From: a virus
Taxonomy: Duplodnaviria; Heunggongvirae; Uroviricota; Caudoviricetes
Strand: one strand, 5' to 3'
IMG/VR virus record: IMGVR_UViG_3300010942_000265
DNA: 64,000 nucleotides
The notes beneath the pieces are model-generated. The model was not told where the DNA came from and made no database searches. It was given only the letters and a program-made list of their open reading frames with translations. The translations under genes were made by a program, and so were the position numbers. Shown here piece by piece: positions 48,421-56,560 of this stretch. The number at the start of each line of letters is the position of its first letter. Position 1 is the first letter of the stretch.

Positions 48421-48975
48421 AAGTATAGTTTTAAGTTTAATGTTTAAGTTAGTTACCCCTCTGCACTTTGACCATTACTGATCTTATCACCCTTGGGAAG
48501 TGAGAATGGTGCATTAATAATGCAGAAGAGCGGAAAGTATTTCTGTTTACAAATCAAGTTAATAGGAACTTTCTTTGCTCTTCTGCAAGGTTAAAGCGGA
48601 CATGCCTCATAATCATTCAACCTGCCCATAGCGACCACTGTACGTGCTAAATCTGGACTCAAATATGACTGAGACATACCCTATTGCTACTTATGTTTGT
48701 AAGTAGGAAGTGGTATTTGGTTGGACATGAGCGGAAACTGTTTTTCTTATCCATATAGTTTTTATAGGAAGTTTCTATGCTCAATAGTGTTCTCTCAAGG
48801 TTGCAATCCTTGTGGATGTTGTCATTCCATTAAGTGCCCACAGCATAAGATTGACGAGATCTTTGGTAGCTTATCCTTACCTGCTTGGAAGAGAACATAA
48901 ATACACAACTACAAAGAGGACATAATGGATCAACCATCACCTTCTGTCTACTCTGTAGTCAAGTACTATTTTATT
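48421..48975. ncRNA. ORF-free, relatively GC-rich structured region (candidate noncoding RNA or long 5' leader); contains one copy of the GTTAAAGCGG box
   Basis: No ORF of 60 aa or more on either strand. Multiple long inverted repeats, e.g. TGCAGAAGAGC...GCTCTTCTGCA. GAGCGGAAA occurs twice. Confidence 0.25.
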
Positions 48976-49131
48976 CTAATCAAAGTCATACCATTCAGGT
49001 GTTGACTTAGAAGAAGAACTATTGTCTTCTTCACAACATTGCTGACATGTATGAAATTGATCACATGTGCATGTTAATTCCGGTGATATACTATATAGCA
49101 TAGCCCTATCTTGTGCATCTTCAAACATCAT
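48976..49131 (-). CDS. Small Cys-rich peptide (51 aa; not in track)
   Basis: MMFEDAQDRAMLYSISPELTCTCDQFHTCQQCCEED... Confidence 0.25.
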   Translation of the reverse strand: MMFEDAQDRAMLYSISPELTCTCDQFHTCQQCCEEDNSSSSKSTPEWYDFD

Positions 49132-49206
49132 AGTTTAAATAGATTTTGTAAATGAATGTATAAGAGAATAAGTGAGTAGTTTTATATCATACTCAGGATG
49201 TGAACT

Positions 49207-49575
49207 TTAAATAAGACCGTGGTCTTCAGGGTTATCCAACATTTGTTTTGCTAAATGCTCTCTCATAGCTTGATCATGTTCAGCATCAATGTAAGTTAAC
49301 ATTGTGTGAGGAACTTGAAGGAATCCAAATGATTCTACTATGTAATGAGTAACTATACCTGAATCATCAGTTTCAGTTATAATATCACCAACACAAGTAC
49401 TTCGGAAACCTAGTTCTCCATACTCTGCATTAGTATCATTTTGTGCTTGTGTATAAGCATCTTCTAAAGAAGGAGCTTCAATGACTGCAACATGTTGGTA
49501 TTGATATGCATTCTGTTCACATTTGTGATTAATTGCATCTTCAAGTGGGTGATAAATGTTGAATAAATTCTTCAT
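49207..49575 (-). CDS. Hypothetical acidic protein (122 aa)
   Basis: ORF track. Confidence 0.4.
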   Translation of the reverse strand: MKNLFNIYHPLEDAINHKCEQNAYQYQHVAVIEAPSLEDAYTQAQNDTNAEYGELGFRSTCVGDIITETDDSGIVTHYIVESFGFLQVPHTMLTYIDAEHDQAMREHLAKQMLDNPEDHGLI

Positions 49576-49924
49576 TTGTATATGTGTTAATTGGTTACTT
49601 GGGTTAATATATCTTACTAAGACCGTGATTATAGTTTCCGGTAGCCTTTACTATTTTACACTAACTACCATATAAGATAATACTATAGGTAATAGTAATA
49701 GTAAGAGTAATGTATATGTATAAGTAGTTAGCTATGTATAATAGTATACATGTGTAGACTAATTCTGTTGCTAAGTTTGAGGTAATAATAGGCTGAGAGT
49801 TTTACACTCCTTCTCTGTCACACCCTCACATGAGTCTGTAAGTTGTTTATTATCAACAGTTTAATACAAACTATTTACTATGACTTACTATGACCGTGTA
49901 TATACTTTACCACACTACTCCCCC

Positions 49925-49978
49925 ACAGTTCAAAGCGGAGCAAACAAGCCTAATCCGCAGGATTATAAACTATGGTTC
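49925..49978 (-). promoter_or_regulatory. Repeat element copy b: conserved box (plus-strand GTTCAAAGCGGAG) + GGCTT spacer + covarying hairpin TAATCC-gca-GGATTA + ACTATGGTTCCTA
   Basis: Alignment with copies at 50461, 50923, 51311, 51586 and 48589. Confidence 0.45.
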
Positions 49979-49989
49979 CTACATATAAA

Positions 49990-50019
49990 GAAAAAACCCC
50001 TACACATATAGTGTAGAGG
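49990..50019 (-). terminator. Intrinsic terminator (minus strand) after gene 50035..50424
   Basis: CCCCTACAC-atata-GTGTAGAGG followed by T7 on the minus sense. Confidence 0.5.
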
Positions 50020-50034
50020 TTAATTCCACGTAGC

Positions 50035-50424
50035 TTACTTTTTAGCAACTGCATCAAAGTCTGCAACTTCCAACAGAGATAAGTCAATCCCGAAGTCATC
50101 ATCAGATGCTTGAGATGCTCTGTCTAAGTGAGATAATACTACCAAAGGTAATTTATCTTTAACTTTGACAATCTTACCTAAGTAAGTTGTACCTACTTCC
50201 ATTCCATAGTCAAAGTTCTTTTGATAAACTAAGCAACCACGCTTAACAAGCTTGCCACTAGCATCTTCAAACTGCACAGTTGCAGGGAAGTAAGGGCTTC
50301 CGTTCTTGTTATCAATAGGGTTTTGAGCTATTGAAACTAACTCACCTTGCATGCTAGATACTAGCATTTTCTCACCTGTTGTAGGATTTACCTCAACTTT
50401 AAAATCAAATTTTGACATAATCAA
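50035..50424 (-). CDS. Hypothetical protein (129 aa)
   Basis: ORF track; own promoter-like box and terminator. Confidence 0.45.
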   Translation of the reverse strand: MIMSKFDFKVEVNPTTGEKMLVSSMQGELVSIAQNPIDNKNGSPYFPATVQFEDASGKLVKRGCLVYQKNFDYGMEVGTTYLGKIVKVKDKLPLVVLSHLDRASQASDDDFGIDLSLLEVADFDAVAKK

Positions 50425-50460
50425 ATTTATTTAGTTAAACAAAAACAATAATCCATAACA

Positions 50461-50517
50461 GTTAAAAGCGGAGAAAAAAAGCCTTGTGCGTAGCACAATT
50501 CACTATGGTTCTTAGGA
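50461..50517 (-). promoter_or_regulatory. Repeat element copy c: GTTAAAAGCGGAG box + GCC + covarying hairpin TTGTGC-gta-GCACAA + ACTATGGTTCTTA
   Basis: About 40 nt upstream of the ATG of 50035..50424 (minus sense). On the minus sense the hairpin is followed by GGCTTTTTTTCTCCGCTTTTAAC. Confidence 0.45.
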
Positions 50518-50588
50518 ATCCAACAATCATTTCCAGTGTTTATGGGATACTACCCCCGTAAAAACTGAGACTATTTAGTGCTTAGGAT

Positions 50589-50612
50589 TCCAAGAATAAA
50601 GGGGCTTAATAC
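50589..50612 (-). terminator. Intrinsic terminator (minus strand) after gene 50617..50895
   Basis: AAAGGGG-cttaata-CCCCTTT followed by T-rich flanks. Confidence 0.45.
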
Positions 50613-50616
50613 CCCT

Positions 50617-50895
50617 TTATTTTACTACTTCATATTCCTTAATTACTAAGGCATAGTAATGAGGAAATGAAGACATAGAATCTGCAGTAGCAGGTACAGC
50701 TTTGTGTTTGAAGATTAGGTTATTATTTTCCCAATACAAATCAGCACTACAAATGTCTGTTGGTACAGCATTATACATCTTAGTCTTTAAAATGTTTCTT
50801 AGGATTTCACGTAACTGATAGCCTTCATTACTATCTAGTTTTACATCTAAGTTTACATCATCAGGTACTACAATACAATAAGCAATCTTGTTCAT
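50617..50895 (-). CDS. Hypothetical protein (92 aa)
   Basis: ORF track. Confidence 0.4.
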   Translation of the reverse strand: MNKIAYCIVVPDDVNLDVKLDSNEGYQLREILRNILKTKMYNAVPTDICSADLYWENNNLIFKHKAVPATADSMSSFPHYYALVIKEYEVVK

Positions 50896-50922
50896 AATCT
50901 AAATGTTTAAAGTTCTTAATAA

Positions 50923-50965
50923 GTTAAAAGCGGTGATAAATAAGGGAGTTTATCCCCTTATTTAA
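50923..50965 (-). promoter_or_regulatory. Repeat element copy d: GTTAAAAGCGGTG box adjacent to hairpin AAGGGAG-tttat-CCCCTT
   Basis: 28 nt upstream of the ATG of 50617..50895. Confidence 0.4.
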
Positions 50966-51284
50966 AATCTTCTAGTTCAGCTTGTTTAGGTCTATTGATT
51001 ATTCTATCATATCTTTCAGTCATGTCAAATACTTCAACAATAGAATGTCTTCTGTTACTACCTGCAATGTATACAGCAATAGTATTGAGCTTATCATAGT
51101 AGCCTTTATAACACATTGTTACTCCATTTGTACTTAGAGCAAGAAAGAATGTATGAGCCTTACCATGAACAAAGTTCTTAAGGATTTCTTCCTTAATAAT
51201 TGTGTAGTTCATTTTAATACCTGTAAGAGTTAAGGTTTTTCTACTATTACTAGTTGCTATAGAGAAGCTTAATTTGTACATCAT
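50958..51284 (-). CDS. Hypothetical protein (108 aa)
   Basis: ORF track. Confidence 0.4.
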   Translation of the reverse strand: MMYKLSFSIATSNSRKTLTLTGIKMNYTIIKEEILKNFVHGKAHTFFLALSTNGVTMCYKGYYDKLNTIAVYIAGSNRRHSIVEVFDMTERYDRIINRPKQAELEDFK

Positions 51285-51310
51285 GTCTTTAGTTTTTAAG
51301 TTCTTATTGA

Positions 51311-51352
51311 GTTAAAAGTGGTGATATAACAAGCCTGTTGCGCAGCAACATT
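51311..51352 (-). promoter_or_regulatory. Repeat element copy e: GTTAAAAGTGGTG box + AAGCC + covarying hairpin TGTTGC-gca-GCAACA
   Basis: 24 nt upstream of the ATG of 50958..51284. Confidence 0.45.
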
Positions 51353-51385
51353 GAGTGTGGATCTGTTGAAAAAGAAAAGCTGAAT

Positions 51386-51580
51386 TTATTCAGCTTTATC
51401 TTTCAACACACACAACTCAAACAAAATACTATCAGCAACAGCTGTTGTTTTGTATTTTTTCAATTTGCCAATGGTAATCCATTGATTAATTGTTTGTTGC
51501 ATTTTAGTAATTGATTCAGCATCAGAGATGCTGATTACTTTAAAAATAACTTTGTACATATGTATAGTTTTAGAATTCAA
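51386..51580 (-). CDS. Hypothetical protein (64 aa; TTG or internal ATG start)
   Basis: ORF track. Confidence 0.3.
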   Translation of the reverse strand: MNSKTIHMYKVIFKVISISDAESITKMQQTINQWITIGKLKKYKTTAVADSILFELCVLKDKAE

Positions 51581-51585
51581 TTAAA

Positions 51586-51660
51586 GTTAAAAGCGGTGTT
51601 GTTTTTCTCTGAGCTAGAAAAATGTTTTATTTCTGTCTCATATGAGATCTCTTTTTCTAG
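51586..51660 (-). promoter_or_regulatory. Repeat element copy f (GTTAAAAGCGGTG) followed by a long nested palindrome CTAGAAAAA...TCTCATATGAGA...TTTTTCTAG
   Basis: Immediately upstream of gene 51386..51580 at the divergent junction. Confidence 0.4.
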
Positions 51661-51810
51661 AAGCATAGGGGGTACCACCCTGCCAGATTTTGGGGGGGAT
51701 ACTTTTGTGGAGGCCCCATCACCCTCTCTTACTTGGACCGGGGGTATATGCGTTTATTTTGGCATACCCGGGGTATAAAGCCCTGGTATCCCATGCCGGG
51801 GTTTTTTTGT
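51660..51810 (+). other. GC-rich, G-tract-rich structured island in the divergent intergenic region; ends with a hairpin + T7 (terminator-like) just before the first plus-strand gene
   Basis: Runs GGGGG, GGGGGGG, CGGGGG, CCCGGGG and CCGGGG within 150 nt of a 33% GC genome. ACCCGG...CCGGGGTTTTTTT. Confidence 0.3.
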
Positions 51811-51823
51811 TTATATTTGAGGT

Positions 51824-52024
51824 ATGATATATGAGCCACAGAATAGAATAGAAGTATCTACCCCTAAAGGAATAGGAGTAATATTGTTTGTCACAGATTA
51901 TGGTCACGAGACTGATACTGTTTATACGGTAGTGATTAATGAGACTGGAGAGTTCTGGCAGTTTACCCACAAGGATATTAGAGCTAAGAATAATATTACT
52001 TACGGAAGAGTTGTGGGTAAATAA
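51824..52024 (+). CDS. Hypothetical protein (66 aa)
   Basis: ORF track; first gene of the plus block. Confidence 0.4.
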   Translation: MIYEPQNRIEVSTPKGIGVILFVTDYGHETDTVYTVVINETGEFWQFTHKDIRAKNNITYGRVVGK

Positions 52025-52039
52025 AAAAAGTTTATATAT

Positions 52040-52267
52040 TTGTTGAACCAACAAACATGTAATATGGAAGATAATGTAATGCTGTCTATTACAGCAAAAG
52101 AAGAAGGCCTAGAAGTTAGGATTAATGAAATGGCTTATGGTAACATAGCTCTAGTAGGTTTATTAGAAAAGATCAAGATGAATCTTTTGTCTGATGTAAA
52201 TGAAACCAAAGAGTTTTCAAGTGATACTGTTGAAAGAGTTAATTCTAAATCTAAGTACGATGCCTAA
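52040..52267 (+). CDS. Hypothetical protein (75 aa)
   Basis: ORF track. Confidence 0.35.
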   Translation: MLNQQTCNMEDNVMLSITAKEEGLEVRINEMAYGNIALVGLLEKIKMNLLSDVNETKEFSSDTVERVNSKSKYDA

Positions 52268-52514
52268 GTATACTAAGAAACCTGTTGAGATTGAAGCAGA
52301 ACAATGGACAGGAGAGAATGTAATTGATATTCTTAATTTCTGCACAAGCTGTTTTAGTTATGAAAAGAATGGTGAGAATGTATTGGCCATTGCTACTTTG
52401 GAAGGAACTATGACAGCAAGTAAAGGTGATATGATTATTAAAGGTGTTCAAGGTGAGTTCTATGCTTGCAAGAAGGATATCTTTGATATGACTTATGAAC
52501 AGACCGGTGAGTAA
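52260..52514 (+). CDS. Hypothetical protein (84 aa, start at MPKYTKK)
   Basis: ORF track 52200..52514, trimmed to internal ATG. Confidence 0.35.
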   Translation: MPKYTKKPVEIEAEQWTGENVIDILNFCTSCFSYEKNGENVLAIATLEGTMTASKGDMIIKGVQGEFYACKKDIFDMTYEQTGE

Positions 52515-52719
52515 GTATACAAAAGAAATAGTACAGCATAGGGGCCGAGAAGTGGCCTGTTATACTAGGGAAGATAGTGACTTTAAATGTTATATTGAAC
52601 CTATTAATATTTTAGAAATTTACCCAGGATCACGCGAGACTACACTTGATAAGTATTATTTGGAGTGGTTATCTAAACAACCAGGGGGACCAAATCATAA
52701 ACCAGATGAAAGTAATTAA
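52495..52719 (+). CDS. Hypothetical protein (74 aa)
   Basis: ORF track. Confidence 0.35.
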   Translation: MNRPVSKYTKEIVQHRGREVACYTREDSDFKCYIEPINILEIYPGSRETTLDKYYLEWLSKQPGGPNHKPDESN

Positions 52720-52948
52720 GGTTATAAGAGATAAGATGAGGCTGAAGTTAATTCAGACTACTTTCAACTTAGGTATAAGCACAGATCAGATTACTCCTTA
52801 TAGACATCAAGTTGTATTCACGCATTTTATTGGATATGTACTTGATAACTCTAAACCGGTTGACACAGCTTCAATACATAAGAAGCCTGTAAAGACTGAT
52901 AAGCTTTATAAACCTAACTACAGCAAACGCGTAAATTTTAAGAAATGA
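52706..52948 (+). CDS. Hypothetical protein (80 aa, start at MKVIKV)
   Basis: ORF track 52646..52948, trimmed. Confidence 0.35.
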   Translation: MKVIKVIRDKMRLKLIQTTFNLGISTDQITPYRHQVVFTHFIGYVLDNSKPVDTASIHKKPVKTDKLYKPNYSKRVNFKK

Positions 52949-53101
52949 GAATTGAATTTAATTTGATTACACTTGAGAGTTTTTCTTTTGGGATATTTAC
53001 TGCGCGAGGTGAAGATGAATATGGTGAATTTCAAATGCTGACACTGGGATTCTTACTATTCAGTATTGATGTATTTTTATATTAATTAAAAACCAACAAT
53101 A

Positions 53102-53389
53102 ATGGAAAATTTAAATTTTGGACAAGCTCTAGACGCTTTAAAGGAAGGAAAAAAAGTTTGTAGAGCAGGATGGAATGGTTCCGGAATGTTTGCAGTATTA
53201 TCACCGGGAGCAAAGAGTTTACCTAGTGAACAGTTCTTTAATAAAGATCTTGCAGCACATGCTTTAAAACTTGGAGGGGTTATGGATGTAAGACCTGCAT
53301 TCATGTTGAAGACAGCACAGGATGATGTAGCTTATTGGGCACCATCCGGGTCAGATTGTCTTGCAGAAGATTGGCAAATTTTAAATTAA
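53102..53389 (+). CDS. DUF2829-family protein (Tad2-like candidate anti-defence sponge)
   Basis: MENLNFGQALDALKEGKKVCRAGWNGSGMF ... AYWAPSGSDCLAEDWQIL matches the hallmark DUF2829 N- and C-terminal blocks (FxEAL..LK.GKKV.R.GWNG.GM ... DLLAEDWEI). Confidence 0.6.
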   Translation: MENLNFGQALDALKEGKKVCRAGWNGSGMFAVLSPGAKSLPSEQFFNKDLAAHALKLGGVMDVRPAFMLKTAQDDVAYWAPSGSDCLAEDWQILN

Positions 53390-53395
53390 ATAATA

Positions 53396-53680
53396 ATGGA
53401 AACAAACAAACCAACAGTAGTTGCTCCTGAAGGGCACGCAATTATTGAAACAAAAGTATTAAGCTTTGGAGAATTGTTAGTAGGTATTGAGTTCAATCCT
53501 TCTAATGATGATAAGGTAGCTAAAGTAAAACAGCTTATGGCTGAAGTAGCTAACATCATGAAAGATGCCTATAACGAAGACCAGAAGTCTCCAATCAAGA
53601 GTCTTTTATTTGATCATGCCGTAGGAGAAATCTTGAATGCTCAGATGAATGCAGTAAAAGTAATTACATTTAAATCATAA
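53396..53680 (+). CDS. Hypothetical protein (94 aa)
   Basis: ORF track. Confidence 0.4.
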   Translation: METNKPTVVAPEGHAIIETKVLSFGELLVGIEFNPSNDDKVAKVKQLMAEVANIMKDAYNEDQKSPIKSLLFDHAVGEILNAQMNAVKVITFKS

Positions 53681-53682
53681 AG

Positions 53683-53985
53683 ATGGAAACAAAAACACCA
53701 TTTAAAAAACTAAGAGGTAGAACAATCCTTGTGGATGTACCTGAAAGAAAAGAATCTGCAATTCAATTGAGTGCAAAAGATGAAGACATGATCATGCAAG
53801 AAGCATTGAAAATGTGGAATAGACTTACAGTATTTGCTGTTGGTGACAAAGTAGAAGAAGTAGCAGCTGGAGATCAAGTGTATATCCGTACAAGCTCATT
53901 GAACATGGAAGTTGTTGAGCGTATTGATGTAGATGGAAAAGTTAAGCTGGTATTGAACGAAGGTGATGTGATCATTATCTGGTAA
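53683..53985 (+). CDS. GroES/Cpn10-like co-chaperonin (putative)
   Basis: LRGRTILVDVPE..., AVGDKV..., GDQVYIRTSS...GDVIIIW; 100 aa, aligns with the GroES fold pattern. Confidence 0.45.
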   Translation: METKTPFKKLRGRTILVDVPERKESAIQLSAKDEDMIMQEALKMWNRLTVFAVGDKVEEVAAGDQVYIRTSSLNMEVVERIDVDGKVKLVLNEGDVIIIW

Positions 53986-54026
53986 AATCATTTGGACAAA
54001 TAGATATTTTTTTTATATTTGTCTAC

Positions 54027-54221
54027 ATGGATACTATATTTAATCTACTAATCATCGGTCTAATTGTTGTGCTTTGGGTTTTATCCAATGCATTTAATAA
54101 ACCGGTTCTTAATAGAATGATGAACTATTATGAAGATGATGCAGAAGGTAGACAAGCGGCAAATATTTTCATAGCCTTCATGCTTGCATTAGCTTTCATA
54201 CTTGGTTCACGTATGTTTTAG
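54027..54221 (+). CDS. Small membrane protein (2 TM)
   Basis: Hydrophobic. Confidence 0.4.
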   Translation: MDTIFNLLIIGLIVVLWVLSNAFNKPVLNRMMNYYEDDAEGRQAANIFIAFMLALAFILGSRMF

Positions 54222-54335
54222 TCGGGTTACTCCTCTTTCCAGGCTATTACTCTCCCTACAGGACAAATCCTCAGTTGTAAAAGCTGGGGATTTTTGTTTA
54301 TATTTACTCCAGATTATTGTCAAATATTGCGTTAG

Positions 54336-54380
54336 GTAAGAAGATCCCTGAGAATTTGTTCTTGGGGATTTTGTTTTTAC
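54336..54380 (+). terminator. Intrinsic terminator (plus strand)
   Basis: ATCCC-tgagaatttgttcttg-GGGAT followed by TTTGTTTTT. Confidence 0.4.
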
Positions 54381-54429
54381 ATAAAATTTTAGTATATTAT
54401 AGTAATTGTTTATTTAAAATTTAGAAATT

Positions 54430-54909
54430 ATGCCAACTCCTTTATTCCCTTTCACGTGGCAATATAATAATCAGCCAATTGAAGTATTAGCTGAGAACAT
54501 TGCAAGCGTAGTAGTTAACTCAAGTAAAGTTATTCCTGTAGTTAATAACAATGCAAATGGATTTGTAGATAGTACACTTACTGATGATGCTGTCTCTTTA
54601 AAAACAAGATATTTAGCAAGTCCTAATACTTATGAGGACAAAGGTTTTAGTTTAAACTATGCCGGTGATAAATATGTTTTTGGTGACTATGACGGTGCTA
54701 ACAACGGTACTGTAGTTTCAGTTAATGATGTTCTTGAAAAAGCTGCATTAGAAAATGCTTCTGGAGCTGTTGCTTTAGGTATTGATGGTGCTAATGCTAC
54801 ATTAGTTGCTGACGGTGTAAGTGCCGCTACAGCAGGGGCTGCAGCTGCTTTGTTCTTAAAGATTACTGTTGACTCAGTAGATTACAAAATTCAATTACTT
54901 AATGTATAA
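54430..54909 (+). CDS. Putative virion structural protein (159 aa; G/A/N/V-rich)
   Basis: ORF track; begins the structural-like operon after the terminator. Confidence 0.4.
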   Translation: MPTPLFPFTWQYNNQPIEVLAENIASVVVNSSKVIPVVNNNANGFVDSTLTDDAVSLKTRYLASPNTYEDKGFSLNYAGDKYVFGDYDGANNGTVVSVNDVLEKAALENASGAVALGIDGANATLVADGVSAATAGAAAALFLKITVDSVDYKIQLLNV

Positions 54910-55053
54910 TGGAGCAGCAAGCTTTAGACTACATTAAGAACACTCTAGATAAGGCTACACAGAAGGGTGCTTTCACCCTTTCTGAGGTAGCTAATATTAT
55001 TAGCGCGCTAGAAGAATTAAATAAGTTTATCCATAAAGATAAAGAAAAGACAG

Positions 55054-56556
55054 ATGTTAAATAATCTTACAAACTTCTTTAACCTGATTACAGGTAAAAT
55101 GATAAAGAAAAAACCTGAGAACAGTGATCTAATTGCTCTAGGTACTAAACATCCTAAATATGGTGGCGGGTACGCACCTACAGGAATTACCGTAGAAGAT
55201 TTTATTAACTCACTTCCACCTAGTGGATTACAATTTGTAACTGTAGATGGAGTTACAATTACAGGTAGTGGTGTACCAGGAGACCCATTGGTTGGAGCAA
55301 GTGGTGATGTTGGATACTCTAATATTTTATGGGTTGATCAAGTTAATGGTAATGATTTTACTGGTCAAATTGGTGTATTCACTAAACCTTATCAAAGTAT
55401 TAGTGCAGCAGTAGCAGCAGCTGATGGTCAATTTACTCCTACAGGTAGAGGTATGATTTATATTAGAAAAGGTGATTATGCTGAAGCTGTTTATTTATTT
55501 GCCAATGTTGATTTTTATGCAGAACCAGGTGTAAACTTTAACTCTAATGGATTTAGAGATACACCTACTACAGGTCAAGTAAGTATCTATGGGTATGCTA
55601 ATTTTATTGGAACAAACGTATTACCCTTATTAGCTTTGTATAACTCCAATATCTACATGGAGTTTGATACATGTACACAAAATGCTGTAAGTTCTATAGG
55701 AGCTATTGAAATTGCACCAACTGCAGCATATACTACTACTGTAGTTATCAAATGTAATAAGATATACTCTAATGCTAGAAATGCTTACGGACTTACAATC
55801 AGAGGTAATGCTTTTGTAACTATTACGGCAAATGAAATTAAAGCACCTTATCAAGTTATCTATTTAAGATATGCTGCGGACGGCACTAATTTTAAAGGTA
55901 CATTGACAGTTAATTGTCCAAGAATTGTTTGTGAAACAGGAGGTTGGGCAGGAAATTTAGCAGCTTATAAAAATTGTTATAATCAAATACGTTTAGAATC
56001 TACAGCAGTAGTTACAATAAATGGTACGTTTATTAATGAAACACCTTTTGTAAGTCAGTACACTGTTGTATCATCTCAAGGTAATACAGAATCATTTACT
56101 TTAAATGGTAATATCATAGGGAATGAGTCTGGTGGTTATAATGTTAATGGTACAGCAAGTAAGTTTACACATAATGGCAACATGATTACAGGTTTCTATG
56201 GTATAGTTACAAACGGAACTGTAGAGGTTAAAGTTATTAATGCTAATGTACGTAGAATTGGTGCTGTTGCTACGTATGCTACAATTGCAACATTAGCAGG
56301 AACTAGTAAAGTTTACTTTATCAATTCAGTACTTAGTAATCTTAACATTGCTAACGGTACAAATGCAAACCCAACATCAAGTGTTTATCTTTACAATGTT
56401 CAGTATTATAGTAATACAGCAGGTTCATATATCTGTAATGGTGGAAACATAGGTGCTACAAAAGTAATAAGTAACTATGCAACCAATGGTGTTACTAACT
56501 TATTTACTACTTTAGATGTTACAGTAGATACATTATTCACAATACCTCAATTCTAA
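55054..56556 (+). CDS. Tail fibre / tailspike-like protein with predicted right-handed beta-helix (pectate-lyase fold)
   Basis: WVDQVNGNDFTGQIG...PYQSISAAVAAA...GMIYIRKGDY beta-helix cap motif. Repetitive N/G/T-rich beta strands; 500 aa. Confidence 0.5.
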   Translation: MLNNLTNFFNLITGKMIKKKPENSDLIALGTKHPKYGGGYAPTGITVEDFINSLPPSGLQFVTVDGVTITGSGVPGDPLVGASGDVGYSNILWVDQVNGNDFTGQIGVFTKPYQSISAAVAAADGQFTPTGRGMIYIRKGDYAEAVYLFANVDFYAEPGVNFNSNGFRDTPTTGQVSIYGYANFIGTNVLPLLALYNSNIYMEFDTCTQNAVSSIGAIEIAPTAAYTTTVVIKCNKIYSNARNAYGLTIRGNAFVTITANEIKAPYQVIYLRYAADGTNFKGTLTVNCPRIVCETGGWAGNLAAYKNCYNQIRLESTAVVTINGTFINETPFVSQYTVVSSQGNTESFTLNGNIIGNESGGYNVNGTASKFTHNGNMITGFYGIVTNGTVEVKVINANVRRIGAVATYATIATLAGTSKVYFINSVLSNLNIANGTNANPTSSVYLYNVQYYSNTAGSYICNGGNIGATKVISNYATNGVTNLFTTLDVTVDTLFTIPQF

Positions 56557-56560
56557 GATC

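Noticed and set aside
48421-48975. Possible group I intron in the ORF-free structured region
   Set aside because: There is only weak resemblance to the conserved P/Q/R/S core sequences. No interrupted host gene or flanking exons could be identified. Kept only as a generic ncRNA candidate.
53086-53304. Minus ORF antisense to the DUF2829 gene
   Set aside because: The plus-strand frame carries the conserved DUF2829 blocks; the antisense frame is Ala/Pro-rich junk.
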